A stretch of 58,515 bases of DNA from a virus (Duplodnaviria; Caudoviricetes): positions 1 through 58,515 of IMG/VR virus record IMGVR_UViG_3300022208_000278; one strand, written 5' to 3'. The notes under the pieces were generated by a model, which worked only from the letters and a program-made list of their open reading frames with translations, was not told the origin of the DNA and made no database searches. The position numbers and the translations under genes are program-made. Below are positions 20,901 through 27,237 of this stretch, piece after piece (position 1 is the stretch's first letter; each line of letters opens with the position of its first letter).

Positions 20901-21602
20901 CTTACCGATAGTCTGCATGGCGTATTTTCCAAGCCCAAGTGTAGCCAAGTCAACGCCAGCGATAACCGCGCCCTTAACCGCGCCCTCGGATATAGCCTCT
21001 CCGCGCTCAACGTCTGTCAAGCCTCCTTCGGCTTTCTCCATCGCCTTTGCGCCAGTTTCGATCATGGCGTTGCCAAGGAACATTCCTGTGAAAGCGCCAA
21101 GAGGAATTGTTACAGGCGCAAGAGGGCCACCCAATGCGCCGACCTGAGCACCGCCCCATCCAGCGGCAAGAACAGGTGCGGCATTAGGGAATTGTTCTGC
21201 AATAGTTTGAACTGCGCCGGTCTTATTCTCCCATGCGGCAGCGGCTACATTGCCAATTGCATCAAGCCAGCCGACATCCCCGTCATCTGCCATTGATTCT
21301 GCGGTTTTCTGTTGCAGGCTTTGCTCGAATTGACGCGCTTCTACAGGGCGCGATAATTGCGCAGCCTTACCTTCTTCGGCAAGAGCCTCAATATTTTTAT
21401 TGTCGCCAGTAAGCGCAGAGCCTGTCGCTTGGGCTGACCGGGATAGATTACCGAGACCTGATTTAAGGGCAGAAAAAGAGCCTGATATTAAACCGCTTGA
21501 AGCGGCAGGCTGCTCAGGTGGTGTATCAGACAGCGATTCCCATGTTACGGCTGTTGGGTCGGTGTCGCTCAGATCATCCCATGATGGATTTGTAAGCGCC
21601 AT
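11937..21602 (-). CDS. giant internal virion/ejection protein, polyvalent (ART-PolyVal-like, HExxH metallopeptidase-like, LPD38-like C-terminus)
   Basis: 3221 aa; FKKWFGDSKVVDADGNPLVVYH...AFEPSQIKSAIGNRGTF; VALHETVHA; NFNRKGE...YLFWNANVQG. Confidence 0.75.
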   Translation of the reverse strand: MALTNPSWDDLSDTDPTAVTWESLSDTPPEQPAASSGLISGSFSALKSGLGNLSRSAQATGSALTGDNKNIEALAEEGKAAQLSRPVEARQFEQSLQQKTAESMADDGDVGWLDAIGNVAAAAWENKTGAVQTIAEQFPNAAPVLAAGWGGAQVGALGGPLAPVTIPLGAFTGMFLGNAMIETGAKAMEKAEGGLTDVERGEAISEGAVKGAVIAGVDLATLGLGKYAMQTIGKSAIKAGATAEADVIAKAGIDITNPATVAKALAADPALKAAAAAAGNAAAKSSITAGQKLAMAGTGLGLETVGETAGEYVGELAATGKGDVTGAVLEGMMSLGQSSVETAYNYSKIILAPDTDSAIQAAAAAIDVPDTQDPIIPPRGELATATQAHEQTSPIQPTQPIQEAKNGEINVARSPAVGGGLIAGRSNIPTGGDAAIVSGVADGTNVAAGSGRTGVAGEPLASVGQDQSIPAPINNAVIQSQEKVSEQATPAAAISPVTPTRTGQAQTPAVAGGKPAPNEGSQKTDAAREVTVSQSQPASPAPPLDKTAAAPIIKMLSDGRHAAVGFTPEQLKAADPKVFIDGKGNGIFPAKTNKIQLERALGVSKIPEGAVLAEGDKPYKNLKSALLDRKYRGMDKTHISQRIEGGFALVPKAAKQEVKVNAQRPIESKPQSQARDESAQVDASAVGEAVSPVVQPLGAKEVQANGDGSGREIVSVKDSYGRTHLVRKSDLNGYADRIPTVRKNGDIISGEEIPRSIIKPETTIESAENIKPTAESALSSIKQSDIPAAEQSKAKKLEVLKAQAQGKISSDQGAALKELADAGEHAAVDEVLGAKNEAASIGTSASKELNKVSQKFWKGETFAEIAPKVVTSRDVYTKKEPKFTGQTLGVEPTEFDYYLTDGRTSQKISKDVYDHIESLKATKPSQSKNNYPSIDIYQNKNGKHQLLARTTQFETVEDALSAWMKEKPSQPGVDISAEKTPDEKSATRQNESKPAQSTKAEPASTEGGKTGGIMFSKTKNGEPTLIIQHNLSEENLLHAERMGGIPIPSLAITQADHPLTGFGEITLVGGIDMADPKGYAATKVFGADIYSPRYPNIQHQFTSNMKQTAEGRLKEAISATNTRLPWDDMENGSRELERSAPVMWQFLKDNGIKPVIKYHDTKPLDKSLQPFADKLSNREVDYFDMQKDPEFIDTAYQTFKDKLIAANGEDYRADADAEISDMRNRAKETGKDYFVNSIAQEINHHIMNRASEGDIDKTKTRYALEKQISDAGLRNEMEGYAKEFFNDIGANERIFQGYTKSGNRKYIPHTLDNVIKLLKKELRGGESFNYGVGTIRSKFAPQFKSIKQIQDAKNRLMDKAAFEKVKDEIDKEFFALAEEFGAYHPIGNKIGFGDTMSSTLYDAATMGLPRAFRENGFEDAPQEKLKDAAEFLDKLRSLPTEYFEAKILRAVDLSEFKGAVVPDDISQKALDALEKRGIQNVIKYKHGDEVDRKAKIKQLSTDADLMFSRTTNSTTSETPATIAQSLRDNPNTSKYADILLKRGDEGKKGGIVIAKDIESLPELFKEKTGVELGEDVLQSVAGNQTDTPAFKKWFGDSKVVDADGNPLVVYHNTKNEFNSFEVGRPTKNATIFGSYDAKRYGLFFAENASFASEFGGKKMDVFLQISDPADLTNLRDAFLNTLDANGYNSRMLTNGQHELWELFDEEYGGDHLVEILKKMGYDGAIISELDENRNPQKVWVAFEPSQIKSAIGNRGTFSPNNPDIRYSKSGKVQALYDPRSGLTFMVANNLTKETAAPVALHETVHATDTKEMRKQAMDLLALRDSKLVPKKLREFLQSVYARMESAGVVGDEMEMESASYIVEQALLLGRQDGFSAIDNTLFAHLTDKLGKRVSEFVRNWVAKVRAALFKRGVAVKLSVDDIIALAKAGMAQAARGDVNVEGDTQSFSKQEYTSSLIQQVWKKLSVHDNLFKFKKNNETSIEGNVLSAMNGEDEDGKSVSAKSKIKEIEVPEEMAKKDGVVKAWEVVSGFDDNPAFIYEADDGRVWLNVSNFKSGSSGGAALYTGVLDYAAKNKGVRLIGDPYGVTDIAMIRRTELMLSAAIRHGGRTDFMEPSNEQKYPNLYKGKLGHNDYFLEEYSPVKWGDNDAQNIDNLIKSAQDNISLFVPEVNNVHYNFTTGELEIDLPDQDGLRLRSENGRVSIKSDMGTKLVNQAMDRGFARAKRLGIEPDMAKRSPFGIASVVRAGLAQSLKDKSDSRRGSDETLSLFDGELPPGLKGVMYSKSGGVMLSKSAPPVNNESPKRFNIPQETSLQELQRKQQDNLNRIKVIQDAIQEQGGIVDEQSNVYQAMERMTDRVALQQEKFTDKVVEPFMKRVAELKTTTEEIGTYLMALGAKDRNAYIQTLRDDMPNNGSGITNLEAQEIIDDYRKRPDFEKFDSLARDIQKVTESKLDLLVEGNVMTADQAQQARDAMGFYVPYKGFEVIDDSGNKVGNGIGGGYSTSKRASRQALGRVSRAGQVVENIFRDYHAAIFLKEKANVGETLRNLVEDNPDSTLWTIEEPEKTPVKGKTPQRYEVEYYGSIVERFDNLNDARRFVESKRNVNDKEGDIKINKVGGEPTIIMRDIGFDNTKEVRYIKNGKEFRIQLHDPIMAAAYNNLNASQLGGILEASANLNMFLRQMYTQKNPEFIITNLFRDAQTAFAVLTGEGGAKYAAKAMSHVPSAAKAMFAQSRDKSMGVWQKYYDLARNSGALTAFAMLDDIETQQLKLDSMLARHGGGGVVRAWKQGLSHKGTILDRSGKAVSGAGKVVLYRMLDSRLMMLIENLNHAAENAYRMAAFRSFIDANGGVDKVTPKVLAEASRIAKNVTVNFNRKGEQSKAWNAAYLFWNANVQGTQNLFRAATGTKHKTQVKAIIGGLFALGVFAAMMTGDDDDELTSEYDKEHNLNLHFGEYTVKMILAYGLGFFFGAGYTAGNMMKGRISPMKAAVNTLGQFMEHFTPIGSPVDKGEVSQEKFAVNVSPTMLKPLMMSSVNANSFGGKLVPHFSDDDGKPDRETMYRSTRGTLYDKAANSAVLAWADVSPETLKMMAGFLTGGTGTFASNLYATGKEAVSGEFPDVEHTPFVRKIISTKDVEEYRGRFYDQLSEVKKKSGEDGVKQSRVLGGTSIIFWQKRMKNLRKAEEDARAEGSKAKIKLAEDRQIALSNQLATRYEKAMARYSKNP

Positions 21603-22405
21603 TAATTACCACCCCACCCAATTTTTCTCGCCGCGTCAATAATTTCCCATTGCTTTTCGGTAGGCCCGCCGCTCATATAGCGGCTAGGTAAACCATTCGG
21701 ATAGCTGGCTGCAATCTCGCGGGCTTTTGCAACAACTTCAGAGGCTCTTGGCTTGGTGACGGTAGGCGCACCGGCGATAATCCCTGGCTGACTTTGCGCT
21801 TCTGCCTTTGCTGCATCATCCCGCAAGACCGGCTTACCGTCTGCACCTTTGACCCATGCCCTGCCTTGAGCGTCATATTTCACGGTAACTTCAGGCGTAG
21901 GCTCCGGCTTATCAGCTACATACCCCGGAATGCTGGATAGCAATTTTTGCTGGCGCTTGGTTGCGGCGGATATTTCGTCTGACAACTTTGCAATACCAGA
22001 CTCCACTCCACTCCCCGTTGCGGTTGCATTGTCGATTTTTTCTTGCTTACTTTGGATGAGTTTGTCGAGAGATGCATATTCTGCCTTTACGGCAGGCGGT
22101 ATCTTTTTATCCTCCAAAAGCGCGTTAAGTTGCTCTTGCTTTAACTTGGTATCAAGCGGGTCTTTGCGCGCCGCAATAAGCCCAAGTTCTCGGTTGTATG
22201 CGGTATCACCAGCCTCCAGCTTGTCAGTCCGATCTTGCGCCCGCTCGGTCTTCCGGTTTTCCTCGATACGCGCTTTCATATCTGCGTCGATTTCAGCATC
22301 AAGCTGATCCATCGTAAGTTTTACGGCAAGATCAGTTTCCTTTTGCTTCCCTTGAGCGTACCCCTGCATTCCCCCAGACAATCCAGCTAACAGTCCGCTT
22401 GGCAT
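21602..22405 (-). CDS. putative DNA ejection protein
   Basis: Helical, Gly-rich N-terminus, upstream of giant ejection protein. Confidence 0.55.
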   Translation of the reverse strand: MPSGLLAGLSGGMQGYAQGKQKETDLAVKLTMDQLDAEIDADMKARIEENRKTERAQDRTDKLEAGDTAYNRELGLIAARKDPLDTKLKQEQLNALLEDKKIPPAVKAEYASLDKLIQSKQEKIDNATATGSGVESGIAKLSDEISAATKRQQKLLSSIPGYVADKPEPTPEVTVKYDAQGRAWVKGADGKPVLRDDAAKAEAQSQPGIIAGAPTVTKPRASEVVAKAREIAASYPNGLPSRYMSGGPTEKQWEIIDAARKIGWGGN

Positions 22406-22406
22406 A

Positions 22407-22904
22407 TTAAACCCCCTGTCCTGCGATTAAACCGGCTGGCGGCGTGGACTGAGGCTGCATTTGGTTGGGTTGAGTGGGTTGCGCTCCACCGGGCTGACTG
22501 CCTTGACGCGCCACACCATCCTCGACCTGCTTTTTTATACCTGCCGACATAATCTTGTTCGCCTCAGAGAATATATCCATCGTCATCCCTCCCTGTGTTT
22601 TATCCACATACTCGCCAGCGGACACCAGCAAAATCGATCCAGCCGGGACAAGCAATTGCAGCTTCAAATTCCCTTGCGAATGCTGGAACACCAACCCCAT
22701 TAATTCTACCATACCTACACCCAATTTTTCAGATAAATCTCCTTGCTTTTCTAGCATCTGAATCATGTACTTGTGCGTTTGCTTGGAAAACATTATTTTC
22801 TTTCCTGCAATGATAATACGCCTTAGCGATTCCTTGTCTTCGGGGGCTATCTTTTCCTCAAGATACCCGATGTATTTTTTTCCTTCTTCCGAGAAATTTT
22901 CCAT
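22407..22904 (-). CDS. virion hypothetical protein
   Basis: Tightly packed in late operon. Confidence 0.6.
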   Translation of the reverse strand: MENFSEEGKKYIGYLEEKIAPEDKESLRRIIIAGKKIMFSKQTHKYMIQMLEKQGDLSEKLGVGMVELMGLVFQHSQGNLKLQLLVPAGSILLVSAGEYVDKTQGGMTMDIFSEANKIMSAGIKKQVEDGVARQGSQPGGAQPTQPNQMQPQSTPPAGLIAGQGV

Positions 22905-23576
22905 TTATGCCCCCGTGTATCTATTGGTTAAAGTCTGGTTATTTGTTGGCCGTTGGTCTGGAGCTACCCCACTGATTAACCCGCTAAAATTAGGCAGCGC
23001 AATATGAGGAACTTTTATAGGCGACATGGGATTTAGGTTTTTTGTTCTTCGTTCTGATTGAGCACGCTCGTAATTTATTTTATCCTGCATCAGTTTGTTT
23101 TGTTCTGACGCAGCTTCGTTTTGGTAGTACCCGGTGATGGCTCCGCTTGCAGTTTGCATCAATGTATTCTGCTGCTGCATTTCCATCAGGCTTTTTGTGG
23201 CATCAGCGTATTTCTTTGTCAGCTCTGTTGCCACATCTACGCTGGATGCGCCACCCAGCCCACCTGCTGTAGTTGGTGTAGTTGTAGCGGCTGTTGGTGC
23301 AACTCCAGACGTGCCCCCCGGCAATGCTGACCCCATTGCGCCTTCCGCTGCTGCACTTGCTGTTCCTCCAAAAGCCATTGTTCCAAGCGATCCAACCGCA
23401 CCTATCATCATGCCATCGTTCGCTAGTTTTTCATTGCCAGTTGCCCCACCATAAACAGACATGGCCCCGCCGACTACCATAGCACCTGCCGCGACATATG
23501 CCACTGCGCTACCCGCCACACCCCATGCGGTTATTCCGCCCCATATTGATGCTGCTCCGACGACTACTGCTGGCAT
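22905..23576 (-). CDS. putative DNA pilot/ejection protein
   Basis: Hydrophobic Gly/Ala N-terminus, Gln-rich helical C-terminus. Confidence 0.6.
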   Translation of the reverse strand: MPAVVVGAASIWGGITAWGVAGSAVAYVAAGAMVVGGAMSVYGGATGNEKLANDGMMIGAVGSLGTMAFGGTASAAAEGAMGSALPGGTSGVAPTAATTTPTTAGGLGGASSVDVATELTKKYADATKSLMEMQQQNTLMQTASGAITGYYQNEAASEQNKLMQDKINYERAQSERRTKNLNPMSPIKVPHIALPNFSGLISGVAPDQRPTNNQTLTNRYTGA

Positions 23577-24016
23577 GATGATTCTCCTTTATTTATTCCC
23601 AATTCGATTACGTCATACAAAACCCCACGCTTCTGGAATGATTTTGTATTGACTCCGTATTTCACAAACCCAACTTTCAGCGCAAGCCGTAAAGCAAGCG
23701 GGTTAAATTCCGGCACTCTCGTTATGATTCTTTTCGCATCCGTGTTATCCCAAGCCCACTGCAATGCAGTCTTACCTATTTCTACCGCCTTGCCTTTGGC
23801 GCTTGGCAGTAATATCGTATGCACCTCATGGGTAGCGCAATTCAGCTTAGTCAGCATAAACACCCCGTAATCCTCAACTCTCACCCAAAGCACATTCATC
23901 GGTGGAAAGTAAAACTCAACATCCGGTGATGCGTCATCAGTTAAATGATCCCATACCAATGGGTGCGTTACGCATTTAACAATAAAGTCTGTGTCAGTTG
24001 TTTGCTCCGCTTTCAT
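23564..24016 (-). CDS. GNAT-fold acetyltransferase (podovirus assembly type)
   Basis: HEVHTILLP..KGKA; FNPLALRLALKVGF motif. Confidence 0.75.
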   Translation of the reverse strand: MKAEQTTDTDFIVKCVTHPLVWDHLTDDASPDVEFYFPPMNVLWVRVEDYGVFMLTKLNCATHEVHTILLPSAKGKAVEIGKTALQWAWDNTDAKRIITRVPEFNPLALRLALKVGFVKYGVNTKSFQKRGVLYDVIELGINKGESSCQQ

Positions 24017-25431
24017 TATTGTGGGCGCGGACCGAGCGCGGCCAACGCTTCCCGCCTTGCAGCGTTTTGTTGTGGATTTGTCATGGTTTCAGGCCCTATT
24101 GCTGCCACTGCGGCATCCCATTGCGCAGGGTTGGTAGATGCGTTTGGATATGCCGCTATGGGGCTATTGGGATACTGTGCTAAGTACATGCTCCATGTTG
24201 ATTGCCCGCCAGTTGTTGGTGTGAGCGATGATCCCCCCCCGCCAGTTGTTGGTGTGAGCGATGATTCCCCCCCGCCAGTTGTTGACGTTAGCCCAGAAGG
24301 TGGTGTTGGTGTTGGTGTTGGTGTTGGTGTTGGTGTTGGTGTTGGTGTTGGTGTTGGTGTTGGTGTTGGTGTTCCAGGTGGAGTATTTAAAATTCTCGAT
24401 ATTCCAAGCTCATCTATTGTAGTGTACATCTCCAGACCGTTATTCAACCCACTCTCCAATGTCGCAATCATATTATCGGCTGGTGAAGGCATTGGGTCTC
24501 CGATATTCCAACGTGGCGGGACTTGGGTGTCTGCAACAGTGTAATTACCCGGAGAGTCTTTGCTTATCTCATCGTTATTCATGATGTTTGCAACTCCTGC
24601 GAGGAAGTTTGTATATAAACCACCTACCGCTTCCGAATTCCGCGCCTCGACATTGTATCTGCCAGCAATATTTTCCAGATTAGCTCTATTTTTTGCGCTT
24701 AATTTCTCCATGTTTATATTGTTCATGGCCTCAGCAGCATAGCGAGACGCACTCGTTCCAATTTCAGCGTTGAACATAGATGCCTTGTCAGCAGAAGTAG
24801 CCCCGTGCTGACCTGCTGCTGCGAACGTGTTGGCATCAGGGACAGCCATTTGCAGAGCCTGCTTATACAATGCCTCTTGCCCGGCACCAACTGCCAGACT
24901 GCTAGCCGACAACCCCATTTCGTTCATCTGCTGCTTTGATCTGGTATCGGCCATTTGTTGCAGCGGCCCGTTTCCAGCAATAATCCCTTGCACTTGCCCT
25001 GCCACCGTTTGCGGTGCTGTTACTTCCCAAGCTGCTGGCTTAACGGTTTCAGCCGTGTAGGTTGATGGGGTGTTTAGCGATGTCGTTAAATTTGCACCTT
25101 GTACTGGTTGCGTTTCTGGCTGAGGTGTTGTTGGCCGCGCCCAAGGAAGATTGGTTCTTACTTGGTTCGCGCCAGATGTGGCCTCCCCTGCTATCAGGCC
25201 GCGATCAGGGCGAGTTCTATCCCTCGTTCTAATATCCGTAACCACTGGCTGTGGTTCGGTTGGCGCAGTGTTAAATCTGTTCGCGTCGTTGAAGCGACTA
25301 GGTGGCACAAATCCTGAACTGGCGTTTGTTTGGTCAACTGGCGCTATTGGATTTCCGCTGATAAGCCCATCCCTGTTTCGCCTATCTCTTTCTTGGGGTG
25401 TGCGCAAACCTGTAATTGGGTCAATGGGCAT
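24016..25431 (-). CDS. virion protein with Pro-Thr linker
   Basis: 471-aa ORF; (TP)n tract. Confidence 0.65.
   Translation of the reverse strand: MPIDPITGLRTPQERDRRNRDGLISGNPIAPVDQTNASSGFVPPSRFNDANRFNTAPTEPQPVVTDIRTRDRTRPDRGLIAGEATSGANQVRTNLPWARPTTPQPETQPVQGANLTTSLNTPSTYTAETVKPAAWEVTAPQTVAGQVQGIIAGNGPLQQMADTRSKQQMNEMGLSASSLAVGAGQEALYKQALQMAVPDANTFAAAGQHGATSADKASMFNAEIGTSASRYAAEAMNNINMEKLSAKNRANLENIAGRYNVEARNSEAVGGLYTNFLAGVANIMNNDEISKDSPGNYTVADTQVPPRWNIGDPMPSPADNMIATLESGLNNGLEMYTTIDELGISRILNTPPGTPTPTPTPTPTPTPTPTPTPTPTPPSGLTSTTGGGESSLTPTTGGGGSSLTPTTGGQSTWSMYLAQYPNSPIAAYPNASTNPAQWDAAVAAIGPETMTNPQQNAARREALAALGPRPQ
24302..24373. repeat. (GGTGTT)12 coding microsatellite
   Basis: Direct inspection. 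Confidence 0.95.
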
Positions 25432-25533
25432 TTAGAATCTCCTTAACTGCTTAATTATAACACGTTTTTTATGCTTATACCGCTTTTATTATGGCAACAT
25501 CTTTTATAACTGCAAAGTTTATGGTAATTGCTT

Positions 25534-26214
25534 CTATATTCTCTTAAATGACATTGTACCAAGAATGGTCTGACTAGGGTTAGGCCCAATAAATTCAGGC
25601 GAAGTAGTCGTGGTGGCTGAAACAACTTTAGAACCCACAACAACACCAACACCACCACCACCACCCTGACTATTAGCTATACTAAGTAATAACGGGGCAG
25701 TTGCGCTCCAGAGGTCAGCACCATCATTTGCCCCCCAGCATACCACCAACTCATCGGCTTGTGATAATGTCCCAGTTGCAGGGCAAGCAAAGGGTGATGT
25801 TATGTCTGATGTAATGTTTGCAGTGTTAACGTCAATCGGCGAAGTAACAAACAAGCCTTGGTAAACAGCGGCAACTCCGGCCCACTTATCAGCACTTGCC
25901 GTACAGGATATATTAATAGTGGTAAGTTCGCCAGCTACGGTAACACGAGAGTAAAACGCTCTCCCTGTTACATTACCCGCATCAGTACCCGCGTTCTGCG
26001 CTGTGTAACTATTGCCAAGATTGTCAGTTACTGCTGTCGAGGTTAGATTATCCCTTTCTGCGGAAACAACCACAATTAGGTCGCCAGCAATAACAAAAAC
26101 AGAGCCATTCAGGGGTGCAGGGTTGGTAATGCCATTAATTTTGCCAAATAGTGTTCCGCGAAGGCCGCCAAAGTCCGCGCCTCCCCCTGCTAATAATAGT
26201 GCCTGAGCACTCAT
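25534..26214 (-). CDS. tail-associated protein
   Basis: Beta-rich; ATGA overlap with upstream fibre gene. Confidence 0.6.
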   Translation of the reverse strand: MSAQALLLAGGGADFGGLRGTLFGKINGITNPAPLNGSVFVIAGDLIVVVSAERDNLTSTAVTDNLGNSYTAQNAGTDAGNVTGRAFYSRVTVAGELTTINISCTASADKWAGVAAVYQGLFVTSPIDVNTANITSDITSPFACPATGTLSQADELVVCWGANDGADLWSATAPLLLSIANSQGGGGGVGVVVGSKVVSATTTTSPEFIGPNPSQTILGTMSFKRI

Positions 26215-27236
26215 GTTAATCCAACTCCTGTGATTACCCACTCTGTAGCACTAATTTTCAAGGCAGTCGCCATACCCCCCGCAGCTAAAGTCCTACTTCC
26301 AGTCGTTACATAAGGCAACCAAGTGAGTGTATCGGTGGTAATAGCTATAGTGACGATATTAATCTTGTTCACGAAAGTAAGCGTTGTACCTATGTCGTAG
26401 GCTACGTTTGCATTTGAGTCTATCGTAAATGTACGAGGGTTGTTGTCTGTGGTAGGATGGAGAATGTGCTTATTTGCGTCGCCAATGACCGTAGTATAAT
26501 TGGCACTTTTATTATTCTGCGGTATACCTGCTGTGGTTGCTGTGGTTGCCGATGTTGCTGTGGTGGCTGTAGCAGCATTCCCGCCTATCGACAGTCCGGC
26601 AGCAGTTCCGGTAATATTCGTCCCGACCAACGCTGACGGGGTTCCCATATCCCCATTAGCGAAAAGCAATGCACCAGTTCCAGATTCGTCCGTAATAGCT
26701 GCGCGAAGATTTGCGCTTGACGGGGTGGTGAGGAATGTCCCGATGTTTGCCGCCGGGGTGATCCCAGCCCAAGTAGTAAGGTCAGCATCGTATGCCTGTA
26801 CCGTTGTGCCGATAGCTGCTGAAACTAGTGCTGTTCCAACAACTCCCGCAGCAGGCAACCCGGTCACATTTGTAAGCGTTCCCGATGAAGGTGTGCCGAG
26901 CGCTCCGCCATTAGCCACCAGCGCACCGGCAGAGCCTACGTTTACCGCCAGCGCCGTTGCCACACCAGTTCCCGGCGTTACGCCAGCCCAAGTAGTTAAA
27001 TCAGCATCATACGCTTGGACATCCGTGCCAATTACCAGACCAAGCGTAGTTCGCATGGATGCAGCGCTTACAGCCTCATATCCAGTTTCTCCAGCGTTTA
27101 CCTTGAGCGGCAGGCCGGCATTGCCAACGTAGACTGATATTGCGTCAAATTCTGTCTTTATGTTGGCAAATTCAGTCCTCATTTCAGCAGAAACTGGAAC
27201 CCCAGTTACCGGCTTCCCAGATGGTGTGTATGTCAT
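26211..27236 (-). CDS. tail fibre protein
   Basis: Repeated VQAYDADLTTWAG motifs, ALGTPSSGTLTN, GNAATAT fibre motifs. Confidence 0.75.
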   Translation of the reverse strand: MTYTPSGKPVTGVPVSAEMRTEFANIKTEFDAISVYVGNAGLPLKVNAGETGYEAVSAASMRTTLGLVIGTDVQAYDADLTTWAGVTPGTGVATALAVNVGSAGALVANGGALGTPSSGTLTNVTGLPAAGVVGTALVSAAIGTTVQAYDADLTTWAGITPAANIGTFLTTPSSANLRAAITDESGTGALLFANGDMGTPSALVGTNITGTAAGLSIGGNAATATTATSATTATTAGIPQNNKSANYTTVIGDANKHILHPTTDNNPRTFTIDSNANVAYDIGTTLTFVNKINIVTIAITTDTLTWLPYVTTGSRTLAAGGMATALKISATEWVITGVGLT

Positions 27237-27237
27237 A

